Positions 36,651 through 49,919 of a stretch of DNA of 64,000 nucleotides are shown here, in pieces. A program made the translations under genes and the position numbers. The stretch lies in assembly GCF_001677475.2 (NCBI RefSeq), contig NZ_CP015229.1; one strand, 5' to 3'. The notes beneath the pieces were generated by a model. That model saw only the letters and a list, made by a program, of their open reading frames with translations, searched no databases and was not told the DNA's origin. The DNA comes from Escherichia coli. Lineage in GTDB: Bacteria > Pseudomonadota > Gammaproteobacteria > Enterobacterales > Enterobacteriaceae. Within the stretch, counting starts at the first letter, position 1, and each line of letters begins with the position of its first letter.

Positions 36651-39600
36651 TTAAGCGATCGCGTTCTCTTCCAGTTCACGCATAAACTGGCGTACCCATT
36701 CGATACGCGTTTTCCGCTCACTCAAATCCTGAATAAATTTCAGACGCGTCGGACCATCAAGGCGGTAATGCTGCGGCTGTTTTTGCAGCAAACCAATCAA
36801 CCAGGCCGGATTAACGTGATTCTTCTCGGCAAATTCGATCACGCCGCCTTTCTCATTACCTTCCAGCTTCTTGATCCCCAGTTTCTGCGCTTGCTGGCGC
36901 AGACGGGCAATATCCAGCAGGGTACGCGCCGGATCCGGCAGCAAGCCGAAGCGATCGATAAGCTCGACTTTGATCTCTTCCAGTTCGTTTTCCGTTTTGG
37001 CGCTGGCAATACGTTTATAGAACGACAAACGCGTATTCACGTCAGGAATGAAATCATCTGGCAATAGCGACGGCATCCGCAGCTCGACTTCTGTTTGCTG
37101 GCTGGTGAGATCTTCCAGCGACGGCTCGCGTCCGGCTTTCAGCGCATCGACGGCGTTTTCCAGCAACTCCATATACAGCGAGAAACCGATGGTTTCCATT
37201 GAGCCGCTTTGTTCTTCGCCAAGCAGTTCACCCGCGCCGCGGATCTCCAGATCGTGCGTTGCCAGCGCAAAACCTGCACCGAGATCTTCCAGCGAGGCAA
37301 TCGCTTCAAGACGTTTTTGTGCATCGGTAGTCATCGCTTTTGGATGCGGCGTCAGCAGCCATGCATATGCCTGATGATGTGAACGTCCGACGCGACCGCG
37401 CAACTGGTGCAGCTGCGCCAGACCGAAGTGATCCGCGCGTTCAATGATAATGGTGTTGGCTGTCGGGATGTCGATCCCGGTTTCGATTATGGTGGTACAA
37501 ACCAGCACGTTGAAACGTTGATGATGGAAATCATTCATCACCCGTTCCAGTTCGCGCTCACGCATCTGCCCGTGACCGATGGCAATCCGTGCTTCAGGCA
37601 CCAGTTCTGCCAGCCGTTCGGCAGCTTTCTGGATGTTTTCCACATCATTGTAGAGATAATAAACCTGCCCCCCGCGCAAAATTTCACGCAGGATCGCCTC
37701 CCGGACCACCAGACTGTCATACTCACGGACGAAGGTTTTAACTGCCAGACGACGGGCGGGCGGCGTGGCGATAATCGACAGGTCACGCATTCCGCTCATA
37801 GCCATATTCAGCGTACGAGGGATCGGCGTTGCGGTAAGCGTCAGAATATCCACGTTCGCGCGCATCGCTTTAATGCGCTCTTTATGACGCACCCCGAAGC
37901 GGTGTTCTTCATCGACAATCAGCAGACCTAAATCTTTAAACTTGACGTCATTTTGCAGCAGTTTGTGCGTACCGATCAGAATATCGATTTTCCCTTCCGC
38001 CACTTCCGCAAGGATTTGCGTCTGCTCTTTGGCGCTGCGGAAACGGGAGATCATTTCGATACGTACCGGCCAGTTGGCGAAACGGTCGCGGAAGTTGTCG
38101 TAATGCTGCTGCGCGAGAAGGGTGGTAGGCACCAGCACCGCCACCTGCTTGTGGTTATCTACCGCCAGGAAAGCGGCGCGCATCGCCACTTCTGTTTTAC
38201 CAAAGCCAACATCGCCGCACACCAGACGATCCATTGCCAGCGGCTGGCTCATGTCGCTAAGCACCGCATTAATGGCCTGCGCCTGATCCGGCGTGGTTTC
38301 AAACGGGAAGCTGTCGCAGAACAACTGATACTGCTCACGATCGTGTTTAAACGCGAAGCCCTCTTTGGCGGCGCGTTGCGCGTAGATATCCAGCAATTCT
38401 GCCGCCACATCACGCACTTTTTCCGCCGCTTTCTGCCGCGCGCGTGACCACGCATCGCCGCCAAGTTTATGCAGCGGGGCATTTTCTTCCGCGCCACCTG
38501 CGTAACGGCTAATCAGATGCAGTGACGACACCGGAACATACAGTTTGGCGTCGTTGGCATAGGTGAGCATCAAGTACTCGCCAGTAATGCCGCCAGCTTC
38601 CAGCGTGGTCATTCCGGCATAGCGCCCGACGCCGTGCTCCAGATGGACCACCGGCTGACCAATATGCAGCTCCGCGAGGTTGCGGATCAGTGTATCGGGG
38701 TTGATGGTGCGGCGAGAGTCCTGACGACGGCGGGCAACGCGTTCACCGAGCAGATCGCTTTCGCAAATCAGCGCCAGGTTACGCACCGTATCGACAAAAC
38801 CATGTTCGGCAGCGCCAATCATCAGATAACGCCCACGGTCGCTGGCTTCATCAAGACGCATAATGCGTTGCGGAGCAATTTTAATTCGTGCGAGCAGTTC
38901 ACCCAGCGCTTCACGGCGACCTTCACTTTCTACCGAGAATACCACCGGACCGTCGAAAGTCTCGAGGAACTTACGCAGCGTATCCAGCGGCGCTTTTTGT
39001 TGTGCCTGAACGGCCAGGTCTGGCAGTTTCTGGAAACCTAAATTGGAATTCGCGGCTTTTGTCGGTAAATGTTCAGTTTTTAGTTGCACTCGGGGCCAGT
39101 TTTTCAGCTCTGAGAAGAGCTCGTCCACCCGCAGCCAGAGCGATTGTGGTGGCAACAGTGGGCGCATCGGATCGACGCCGCGATTCTCAAAACGCGCCAG
39201 CGTGTCAGCCTGGAAACGTTCGGCACTGTTTTCCAGATCGCCAGTATTCACCAGCAAGGTATTGGCAGGGAAATAACTGAACAGCGGCGGCAGTGGTTCG
39301 CTGAAGAACAATGGCTGCCAGTACTCGATCCCGGCAGGTAATGTGCCTTTACTCACTTGCTGGTAAATATGTTCCGGATCGCGCTTCACTTCGAAGGTAT
39401 CGCGCCACTGGCTGCGGAACAGTTCAATTGCCGCTTTATCGGTCGGAAATTCGTGTGCGGGCAGCAGATTGATCGCTTCTACTTCCTCCAGCGTGCGCTG
39501 GCTGTCGACGTCAAACACCCGCAGGCTGTCGATTTCATCATCAAAGAAATCAAGACGATAAGGCAGCTCACTCCCCATCGGGAAGAGATCCAGCAACGCG

Positions 39601-40097
39601 CCGCGCGTGGCGTATTCGCCGTGCTCCATCACCTGGTCAACATGGCGATAACCGGCGCTGTCCAGTTGGGTTCGTAATGCATCTCGTGACAGGCGCTGAC
39701 CTTTTTTCATCACCAGCGCATGGCCGTGGAGAAAACTGTGCGGGCAAACGCGCTGCATAAGCGTATTCACCGGAACAATCAGTACGCCACGCTGCATCGT
39801 CGGTAGCTGGTAAAGGGTGGAAAGGCGCGAGGAGATAATGTCCTGATGAGGCGAAAAACTGTCGTAAGGGAGGGTTTCCCAGTCCGCCAGATTCATCACC
39901 ATCTGATCGGTGAACTGGCTGATTTCATCATGCAAACGCAGAGCATTTTGCATATCTGGTGCAATGAGTACCACCGGACCGGCGTGACGTTCGGCAATTT
40001 CCGCCACCAGCGTCGCGCAGGCAGCGCCAGTTAACTCGCCCAGCAGACGCTGCTCACCCGCTTTGACGGGCAGCGTATAACGATATTGTTCAGGCAT
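36651..40097 (-). CDS. mfd: Transcription-repair coupling factor
   Basis: Start at MPEQYRYTLPVKAGEQRLLGELTGAACATL (1148 aa), with helicase motifs GDVGFGKTEVA and DEEHRFG. Confidence 0.97.
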   Translation of the reverse strand: MPEQYRYTLPVKAGEQRLLGELTGAACATLVAEIAERHAGPVVLIAPDMQNALRLHDEISQFTDQMVMNLADWETLPYDSFSPHQDIISSRLSTLYQLPTMQRGVLIVPVNTLMQRVCPHSFLHGHALVMKKGQRLSRDALRTQLDSAGYRHVDQVMEHGEYATRGALLDLFPMGSELPYRLDFFDDEIDSLRVFDVDSQRTLEEVEAINLLPAHEFPTDKAAIELFRSQWRDTFEVKRDPEHIYQQVSKGTLPAGIEYWQPLFFSEPLPPLFSYFPANTLLVNTGDLENSAERFQADTLARFENRGVDPMRPLLPPQSLWLRVDELFSELKNWPRVQLKTEHLPTKAANSNLGFQKLPDLAVQAQQKAPLDTLRKFLETFDGPVVFSVESEGRREALGELLARIKIAPQRIMRLDEASDRGRYLMIGAAEHGFVDTVRNLALICESDLLGERVARRRQDSRRTINPDTLIRNLAELHIGQPVVHLEHGVGRYAGMTTLEAGGITGEYLMLTYANDAKLYVPVSSLHLISRYAGGAEENAPLHKLGGDAWSRARQKAAEKVRDVAAELLDIYAQRAAKEGFAFKHDREQYQLFCDSFPFETTPDQAQAINAVLSDMSQPLAMDRLVCGDVGFGKTEVAMRAAFLAVDNHKQVAVLVPTTLLAQQHYDNFRDRFANWPVRIEMISRFRSAKEQTQILAEVAEGKIDILIGTHKLLQNDVKFKDLGLLIVDEEHRFGVRHKERIKAMRANVDILTLTATPIPRTLNMAMSGMRDLSIIATPPARRLAVKTFVREYDSLVVREAILREILRGGQVYYLYNDVENIQKAAERLAELVPEARIAIGHGQMRERELERVMNDFHHQRFNVLVCTTIIETGIDIPTANTIIIERADHFGLAQLHQLRGRVGRSHHQAYAWLLTPHPKAMTTDAQKRLEAIASLEDLGAGFALATHDLEIRGAGELLGEEQSGSMETIGFSLYMELLENAVDALKAGREPSLEDLTSQQTEVELRMPSLLPDDFIPDVNTRLSFYKRIASAKTENELEEIKVELIDRFGLLPDPARTLLDIARLRQQAQKLGIKKLEGNEKGGVIEFAEKNHVNPAWLIGLLQKQPQHYRLDGPTRLKFIQDLSERKTRIEWVRQFMRELEENAIA

Positions 40098-40224
40098 AAC
40101 GGTTGTCAGATTCTCGTTAGGATATGCCTCAACATATGGGGGCATATCTCTGATAAGCAATGCTGTTCATTATCCGTAATCGACATGGTTTAGCAAATTG
40201 AATCGCCCCGGCTGGGGCGATGGC

Positions 40225-41298
40225 TTAGCGGGAGTAACTGACGGCAGCGGGCAGTGAAGGCGGGGAGAACAACAGATCGCTGAATGCACGCTGTGAAAGT
40301 TTTCTTACCAGCAAGCCCGCAACAGTACAGATGAACAAACTGACAAAGGGATAAACCAGCAGGAGTGTCAGTTCGACTTGCGGCGACCAGCGTGCTGCGT
40401 TCATTTGCGCAAGCAGAGTTAAGCTGAATATTTCAACCAGAATGCGATGGGAGGTGTAGATAGCAATGGTGTTGGAGCCAATCACATTCAGCAGGCTGGT
40501 GGAGCGCATACCGAATCGTTGCTCGTATTGATAAAACAGCTTCATGATCACCACAATCGATACCAGCGACAACAGCAGCGAGATAGTAAACAACCAGGCA
40601 CCGACCGCCAGAACGGTCAGCAAAGAAGCCATCAGTAGATGGCGGCGCAACGGCACCTCTTTAACACAGGTCATTAATGTTGCGCCAAACCATGCACCAA
40701 GGCTGTAATAAGGCAAATTGCGGATCACACTGTTCATTCCCCACCACGGCGTGGGAACGAAATTAACCGCCACACTCATCAGTACAAACAAGGCGAATAG
40801 TGGCAGCGCCAGACGGCTAAAAATTTTACATACCACGAAATAGACAATTAACGCATACAGATACCACAAGCTGGTGCTGGCGGTGATCATCCCGTGCAGG
40901 AACTCACCGGTGGAATCGGCATAAGCGGCATTGGAGGCATTGCTTAAATCGCGCTCAGGTGCCAGCCACTGGTTCAGCACACTTAACGCCAGCCACTGCA
41001 CCACGCCCCAAAGCGCCAGCACCCAGAAGATGTTCCAGACCCGTTTATCAAGACAATTTCCCCACGGTACGCTGTCGATATAGCGGCGAATCAAATAGCC
41101 GGATATAAAGAAAAAAACCGGCATACGAAAGGGTGCAAGGTAAAGGTTGAAATAGATCCAGCATTTGCTCAGGACTTCCGATAACGGATGCTGAAAAGTG
41201 GTCATATGCGGATAAAAGGTAATGACCGAGTGATAAATCACCACCAGGCAAATACATAACCCTTTGATCTGGTTAATCCATAGCTCTTTTTGTTTCAT
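40225..41298 (-). CDS. ycfT: Inner-membrane acyltransferase-family protein YcfT
   Basis: 357-aa polytopic membrane ORF in the syntenic position between mfd and lolC. Confidence 0.9.
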   Translation of the reverse strand: MKQKELWINQIKGLCICLVVIYHSVITFYPHMTTFQHPLSEVLSKCWIYFNLYLAPFRMPVFFFISGYLIRRYIDSVPWGNCLDKRVWNIFWVLALWGVVQWLALSVLNQWLAPERDLSNASNAAYADSTGEFLHGMITASTSLWYLYALIVYFVVCKIFSRLALPLFALFVLMSVAVNFVPTPWWGMNSVIRNLPYYSLGAWFGATLMTCVKEVPLRRHLLMASLLTVLAVGAWLFTISLLLSLVSIVVIMKLFYQYEQRFGMRSTSLLNVIGSNTIAIYTSHRILVEIFSLTLLAQMNAARWSPQVELTLLLVYPFVSLFICTVAGLLVRKLSQRAFSDLLFSPPSLPAAVSYSR

Positions 41299-41448
41299 CA
41301 GGACAACACGCTCTTTTTTAATTTACATGCGGTTGATCCTGCGGGTTATGACCCTATGTGTAATGGGTATCTGTCTGTATTGGATGATTTTTCAGATTAA
41401 GATCAGGCGGCAAGATTGATGATAAAACATGGCACTTTAGCCGATTGA

Positions 41449-44697
<3,249 letters not shown>

Positions 44698-44725
44698 AGG
44701 CAGTACATTAAAACAAGGAGCGGCA

Positions 44726-45637
44726 ATGTATTACGGGTTTGATATTGGTGGAACAAAAATTGCGCTTGGCGTATTTGATAGCAGTCGGCAGTTGCAGTGG
44801 GAAAAGCGGGTGCCGACACCGCGTGACAGCTATGATGCTTTTTTAGATGCAGTATGCGAGCTGGTAGCCGAAGCCGATCAGCGTTTTGGTTGTAAAGGTT
44901 ATGTCGGCATCGGTATTCCGGGAATGCCGGAAACAGAAGATGGCACGCTGTATGCCGCCAATGTCCCCGCTGCCAGCGGTAAACCGCTGCGTGCCGACCT
45001 GAGCGCACGTCTTGAGCGCGATGTACGCCTTGATAACGATGCCAACTGTTTTGCCCTTTCAGAAGCCTGGGATGATGAATTTACCCAATATCCGCTGGTG
45101 ATGGGGTTAATTCTCGGCACCGGCGTTGGCGGTGGACTGGTGTTTAACGGTAAAGCGGTGACGGGTAAAAGCTATATTACCGGCGAGTTTGGTCATATGC
45201 GTCTGCCGGTCGATGCGTTAACCATGATGGGGCTTGATTTCCCATTACGCCGCTGCGGCTGTGGTCAGCATGGCTGCATTGAAAATTATCTGTCTGGTCG
45301 CGGTTTTGCGTGGCTGTATCAACACTATTATCATCAACCGTTGCAGGCTCCCGAAATTATTGCGCTTTATGATCAAGGCGATGAGCAGGCAAGGGCGCAC
45401 GTTGAGCGTTATCTGGATTTATTAGCGGTTTGTCTGGGAAATATCCTGACCATTGTTGACCCTGATTTGCTGGTCATTGGCGGTGGCTTATCGAATTTCC
45501 CGGCAATCACAACGCAACTGGCGGACAGGCTGCCTCGTCATCTCTTACCTGTAGCTCGTGTTCCGCGCATTGAACGCGCGCGCCACGGTGATGCGGGAGG
45601 AATGCGTGGTGCGGCTTTCCTACATCTAACCGATTAA
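44726..45637 (+). CDS. nagK: N-acetyl-D-glucosamine kinase
   Basis: Start at [18 protein letters not shown] (303 aa, ROK family). Confidence 0.95.
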   Translation: MYYGFDIGGTKIALGVFDSSRQLQWEKRVPTPRDSYDAFLDAVCELVAEADQRFGCKGYVGIGIPGMPETEDGTLYAANVPAASGKPLRADLSARLERDVRLDNDANCFALSEAWDDEFTQYPLVMGLILGTGVGGGLVFNGKAVTGKSYITGEFGHMRLPVDALTMMGLDFPLRRCGCGQHGCIENYLSGRGFAWLYQHYYHQPLQAPEIIALYDQGDEQARAHVERYLDLLAVCLGNILTIVDPDLLVIGGGLSNFPAITTQLADRLPRHLLPVARVPRIERARHGDAGGMRGAAFLHLTD

Positions 45638-45652
45638 ACAACAGAGGTTGCT

Positions 45653-46474
45653 ATGCTGTCGCGTCGGGGTCATCGGTTAAGTCGTTTTCGTAAAAATAAA
45701 CGCCGCCTGCGCGAGCGTTTGCGTCAGCGTATTTTTTTCAGAGATAAAGTGGTGCCGGAAGCAATGGAAAAACCAAGAGTACTCGTACTGACAGGGGCAG
45801 GGATTTCTGCGGAATCAGGTATTCGTACCTTTCGCGCCGCAGATGGCCTGTGGGAAGAACATCGGGTTGAAGATGTGGCAACGCCGGAAGGTTTCGATCG
45901 CGATCCTGAACTGGTGCAAGCGTTTTATAACGCCCGTCGTCGACAGCTGCAGCAGCCAGAAATTCAGCCTAACGCCGCGCATCTTGCGCTGGCTAAACTG
46001 CAAGACGCCCTCGGCGACCGCTTTTTGCTGGTGACGCAGAATATCGATAACCTGCATGAACGCGCAGGCAATACCAATGTGATTCATATGCATGGAGAAT
46101 TGCTGAAAGTACGTTGTGCGCAAAGCGGGCAGGTTCTCGACTGGACTGGTGATGTTACGCCAGAAGATAAATGTCATTGCTGCCAGTTTCCGGCTCCGCT
46201 GCGCCCGCACGTGGTGTGGTTTGGCGAAATGCCGCTTGACATGGATGAAATTTATATGGCACTGGCGATGGCGGATATTTTCATTGCCATTGGCACATCC
46301 GGGCATGTTTATCCGGCTGCCGGTTTTGTTCATGAAGCAAAATTGCATGGCGCGCACACCGTGGAACTCAATCTTGAGCCGAGCCAGGTTGGTAACGAAT
46401 TTGCCGAGAAATATTACGGCCCGGCAAGCCAGGTGGTGCCAGAGTTTGTTGAAAAGTTGCTGAAGGGATTATAA
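45653..46474 (+). CDS. cobB: NAD-dependent protein deacylase (sirtuin), long isoform
   Basis: 273 aa with a basic N-terminal extension [26 protein letters not shown], followed by the sirtuin core [14 protein letters not shown]. Confidence 0.95.
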   Translation: MLSRRGHRLSRFRKNKRRLRERLRQRIFFRDKVVPEAMEKPRVLVLTGAGISAESGIRTFRAADGLWEEHRVEDVATPEGFDRDPELVQAFYNARRRQLQQPEIQPNAAHLALAKLQDALGDRFLLVTQNIDNLHERAGNTNVIHMHGELLKVRCAQSGQVLDWTGDVTPEDKCHCCQFPAPLRPHVVWFGEMPLDMDEIYMALAMADIFIAIGTSGHVYPAAGFVHEAKLHGAHTVELNLEPSQVGNEFAEKYYGPASQVVPEFVEKLLKGL

Positions 46475-46485
46475 AGCAGGAAGCA

Positions 46486-46586
46486 TTGCCTGATGCGCTA
46501 CGCTTATCAGGCCTACAAGGGGACGCAATTAATTGAATTTGCGGGTTTTGTGGGCCGGATAAGGCGTTCGCGCCGCATCCGGCATA
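46486..46586. repeat. REP/BIME element
   Basis: gcctgatgcgctacgcttatcaggcctac and gggccggataaggcgttcgcgccgcatccggca. Confidence 0.7.
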
Positions 46587-46611
46587 ATACACGCGCATTT
46601 TACTGCCTCTT

Positions 46612-47400
46612 TTACCGTTTACTCGTCAATAACAACGCGGCAATAAACGTACAGACACCAATCAGCCCTGCCCAGAGTGGCGATATTCTGGTAATTGCAA
46701 AGCTATTATCGATATACAGGCATAAAGCCTGATAGCCCATATTGGCAACAGTCATCGCCACTGCAAATTTTAATGCATAAATAAAACGAGTCGTGTAGTA
46801 AAAGACCGAGGAAAATAAGATAAACGTCGCAGCCCAGGCGATAAAACCTAATGTGTTGGTACTGCCGGGGGGATCATTTTCATGCTGTTGTCCTGGATGC
46901 GGATAATACGTCAGTGGCGGCGTCGGTTGTTTTAATATCTGTACTTGTAGAACAGCCAATGCATTATTGATTCCCTGATACCATAGGCCAGCATGTAAAT
47001 AAGCCAGCGTGTGATTTTCTATCAGAAGGCCGAGATGTTTATCGTCCAGACCGCTTTCAACCTGGCCATTGGTGATCATAATTAACCGTGGTTCGCGGGT
47101 AGTAAATAGTAACAGAACACTTCCTTTTACATCACTCAATGAAGATGACGCATGCGCCAGCATCGCTTTACCATTTTGTCTGAGACTGGCTTCATTATTA
47201 ATGTCGGGTAAAACCACAATAAACGGTGCAACTCCGGTTTGTTGGCGAAAAAGCTCGGCTTTATGCGCGATCTCTTCAGCATCTGGTACAGTACCGGTAA
47301 CATCCGTAAAAAGTGTCTTCATTATTGGAATTAATGGTTTGCTGGCTGCTGTCAGAGGCAGGAGTATCAGTAAACTGAGCAGTATTATGATTTTTTTCAT
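46612..47400 (-). CDS. ycfZ: Inner-membrane protein YcfZ
   Basis: 262-aa ORF with a signal/TM segment, syntenic with K-12 ycfZ. Confidence 0.9.
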   Translation of the reverse strand: MKKIIILLSLLILLPLTAASKPLIPIMKTLFTDVTGTVPDAEEIAHKAELFRQQTGVAPFIVVLPDINNEASLRQNGKAMLAHASSSLSDVKGSVLLLFTTREPRLIMITNGQVESGLDDKHLGLLIENHTLAYLHAGLWYQGINNALAVLQVQILKQPTPPLTYYPHPGQQHENDPPGSTNTLGFIAWAATFILFSSVFYYTTRFIYALKFAVAMTVANMGYQALCLYIDNSFAITRISPLWAGLIGVCTFIAALLLTSKR

Positions 47401-47858
47401 GGGCGGGACTTCCGTTTCCTGCGAGATTTTTTGGTGGAGGGGAGAGTGATTATCAGACCGACACTACCGAAAATAATGCCTGCTATGCCAACAAAGCCCC
47501 ATTTAAAAAAATTAACCCAGGGATTGTTTATTTCGGCTTGTTCTGGATGCCCTGGCGGATAATAGACATTGACTCTGCCACCTTCGCTATCTTCATAAAA
47601 ATCACTACCGATACTCGAATTGAAAATTAGCGTGTAATCTGGCGTAGGGCGAAAGGCAACCACTGGATACCAGGAGCCATTATCACCGACGTCGTTTGAG
47701 TGATTGTTGTACCAAACGACATCAACAATGATTCCTTCTGTATGAACCGCGCTTTTGGTAAAAGTAAAATGGTAACAAAAGATAATTGCAGAAATAACGA
47801 GCAATATCAGACCGATACCGAGAAAAGCGTGGGATAACACTTTACTGTCCTGACTCAT
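47397..47858 (-). CDS. ymfA: Inner-membrane protein YmfA
   Basis: I start at [16 protein letters not shown] (153 aa). The longer ORF-track start would run through the potD terminator hairpin. Confidence 0.85.
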   Translation of the reverse strand: MSQDSKVLSHAFLGIGLILLVISAIIFCYHFTFTKSAVHTEGIIVDVVWYNNHSNDVGDNGSWYPVVAFRPTPDYTLIFNSSIGSDFYEDSEGGRVNVYYPPGHPEQAEINNPWVNFFKWGFVGIAGIIFGSVGLIITLPSTKKSRRKRKSRP

Positions 47859-47874
47859 TAGCCACATCCTTGCT

Positions 47875-47909
47875 AAATAAAAAACGGGCGGTAATACCAC
47901 CGCCCGTTT
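47875..47909 (-). terminator. Terminator after potD
   Basis: aaacgggcggt (47882-47892) pairs with accgcccgttt (47899-47909). The plus-strand A-run gives the U-run on the minus-strand transcript. Confidence 0.8.
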
Positions 47910-47915
47910 GCTGAA

Positions 47916-48962
47916 TTAACGTCCTGCTTTCAGCTTCTGATAATACTCTTCATAAATGCTGCTGGCTGCGCCAACGTCATTCTGCCATTCACCATTTTTA
48001 ATGGTTTCAGCATCCGGGTAGAGCGTTTTATCGTTCGCCACTTCCGGGCTTAACAGCTTACGCGCCGCAAGGTTTGGCGTTGGATAACCGATAGTTTCGG
48101 CAACCTGTTTTGCCACATCCGGGCGCAGCAGGAAGTTGATCAGTTTCAGCGCGCCTTCTTTGTTTTTGGCATTCGCCGGAATTGCCAGGCTGTCCATCCA
48201 GAAAATGCCGCCTTCTTTCGGCCACACGACGTCAATTGGTGTACCCGCCTGGCGTGCAACGAAAGCAGAACCGTTCCAGATCATGCCGAGGTTAACTTCG
48301 CCTTCCATGTACGGGTTAGCCGGGTTATCGGAGTTAAACGCTGCGACGTTTGGCATCAGTTTTTTCAGCTCGTTATATGCAGCTTCAATCTCTTTCGGAT
48401 CGGTGGTGTTACCGGAATAGCCCAGCTTACGCAGCGCCATCTGGAACACTTCACGGGCATCGTCGGTCAGCAGCAGGCTGCCTTTGTACTCAGGCTTCCA
48501 CAGATCGGCCCAGCTGGTAACGGATTTCGGATCCACCGCATCACCGTTAACGCCAATCGCCGTCGCACCCCAGATATACGGAATGGAGTAGTCGTTATTC
48601 GGGTCAAAAGGCTTGTTGAGCATGTCTGGATCGAGATTGCTGAAGTTCGTTAACTTCGACTTGTCGATCTTCTGGATCATCCCTTCTTTACGCATTTTAT
48701 CGACGTAATAGGTTGAAGGAACCACCAGGTCATAGGCACCGTCTTTGTACGTTTTCAGCTTGGCATACATGGTTTCGTTCGACTCGTAAGTCGAATAGAT
48801 AACCTTAATACCGGTTTCTTTGGTGAACTGTTCAAGCAGTCCTGGCGGCACGTACTCGGTCCAGTTGTAGAAATACAGCGTGTTGTTGTCATCGGCGTGA
48901 GCGGCGCTCATGCCCAGTGCCAGAGCACCCGCCGCGAGCAGGTGGCGTGACCATTTTTTCAT
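47916..48962 (-). CDS. potD: Spermidine/putrescine ABC transporter periplasmic binding protein
   Basis: 348-aa ORF starting MKKWSRHLLAAGALALGMSAAHADDNNTLYFYNW. Confidence 0.97.
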   Translation of the reverse strand: MKKWSRHLLAAGALALGMSAAHADDNNTLYFYNWTEYVPPGLLEQFTKETGIKVIYSTYESNETMYAKLKTYKDGAYDLVVPSTYYVDKMRKEGMIQKIDKSKLTNFSNLDPDMLNKPFDPNNDYSIPYIWGATAIGVNGDAVDPKSVTSWADLWKPEYKGSLLLTDDAREVFQMALRKLGYSGNTTDPKEIEAAYNELKKLMPNVAAFNSDNPANPYMEGEVNLGMIWNGSAFVARQAGTPIDVVWPKEGGIFWMDSLAIPANAKNKEGALKLINFLLRPDVAKQVAETIGYPTPNLAARKLLSPEVANDKTLYPDAETIKNGEWQNDVGAASSIYEEYYQKLKAGR

Positions 48963-49753
48963 TTAACGTCCCCTGTGTTACCTTTCGTTTTATCACGAGC
49001 AATAAGCTGGCTGGCAATAACCATCACCAGCGACAGCACCAGTAATATGGTTGCCAGCGCGTTAACTTCCGGCGATACGCCGACTTTGACCATCGAATAA
49101 ATTTTTAACGGCAGAATTTCATAACTTGGTCCGGTGACGAACGAAGAAACTACCACATCGTCCATCGACAGGGTAAAGCTTAACACCCAGCCCGCCGCTA
49201 CCGCTGGCATTGCCAGTGGCAGAATGATTTTTCGCAGAATGGTAAATTCGCTGGCACCGAGATCTTTCGCCGCTTCCAGCATTCGCACGTCAAAACCTTT
49301 CAGGCGCGAATACACTGTCACCACCACAAATGGCAGGCAGAAGGTGATATGCGAGAACAGCAGCGACCAGAAGCCAAGCTGAATACCCAGCAGCATAAAC
49401 AGCACCAGCAGCGAAATCGCCATCACGATATCTGGTGACATCATCACTACAAACAGCATTCCGCTAACGAACGGCTTACCACGAAAGCGATAACGGTACA
49501 GTGCAACTGCCGTCAGTGAACCGATAAGCGTAGCAAACGTCGCCGAAAACACCGCCATTGTTAGTGAATGCTGCGCTGCCTGTAACAGGCTGTCGTTGTT
49601 CATCAGCAGGCTATACCATTTGGTGGTAAAACCCTGCCAGTTGATGCCAAAGCGCGAGCTGTTAAAGGAGTTCACAATCAAAATAATGATTGGGATATAC
49701 AGGTACGCGTAGATAGCGGTCATAAAACCGCCGCGAAGCAGTCGACCGATCAT
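48959..49753 (-). CDS. potC: Spermidine/putrescine ABC transporter permease PotC
   Basis: 264-aa ORF starting MIGRLLRGGFMTAIYAYLYIPIIILIVNSF, full length. Confidence 0.97.
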   Translation of the reverse strand: MIGRLLRGGFMTAIYAYLYIPIIILIVNSFNSSRFGINWQGFTTKWYSLLMNNDSLLQAAQHSLTMAVFSATFATLIGSLTAVALYRYRFRGKPFVSGMLFVVMMSPDIVMAISLLVLFMLLGIQLGFWSLLFSHITFCLPFVVVTVYSRLKGFDVRMLEAAKDLGASEFTILRKIILPLAMPAVAAGWVLSFTLSMDDVVVSSFVTGPSYEILPLKIYSMVKVGVSPEVNALATILLVLSLVMVIASQLIARDKTKGNTGDVK

Positions 49754-49776
49754 TCGAGTTCCACCTTCTTATTCAT
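49750..49776 (-). pseudogene. potB: 3'-terminal remnant of potB at the prophage junction (attL core lies here or just upstream)
   Basis: The minus-strand frame ends ...(M)NKKVELE then TGA, overlapping the potC ATG. This matches the PotB C-terminus as I recall it (...SRLLNKKVELE). The frame is closed upstream by TAA at 49873-49875, so only the tail of potB is present. Confidence 0.6.
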
Positions 49777-49819
49777 AAGGCGGGACACTTTCAGGATTTT
49801 GAATTTATTCAATTTTTTC

Positions 49820-49856
49820 CTTTCTCCAAAATCTCTCCAAAACGTTTCCCCAAAAC
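49820..49856. repeat. Three direct repeats in the phage arm next to attL; candidate Int arm-type sites
   Basis: Plus strand reads tctccaaaa (49823-49831), tctccaaaa (49834-49842) and ttccccaaaa (49846-49855). Confidence 0.4.
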
Positions 49857-49919
49857 TAGGCCACGCATTTTACAACACTTTTTTCCTGAGATGGTGACGG
49901 ATATTCCATATGGTGTTTG

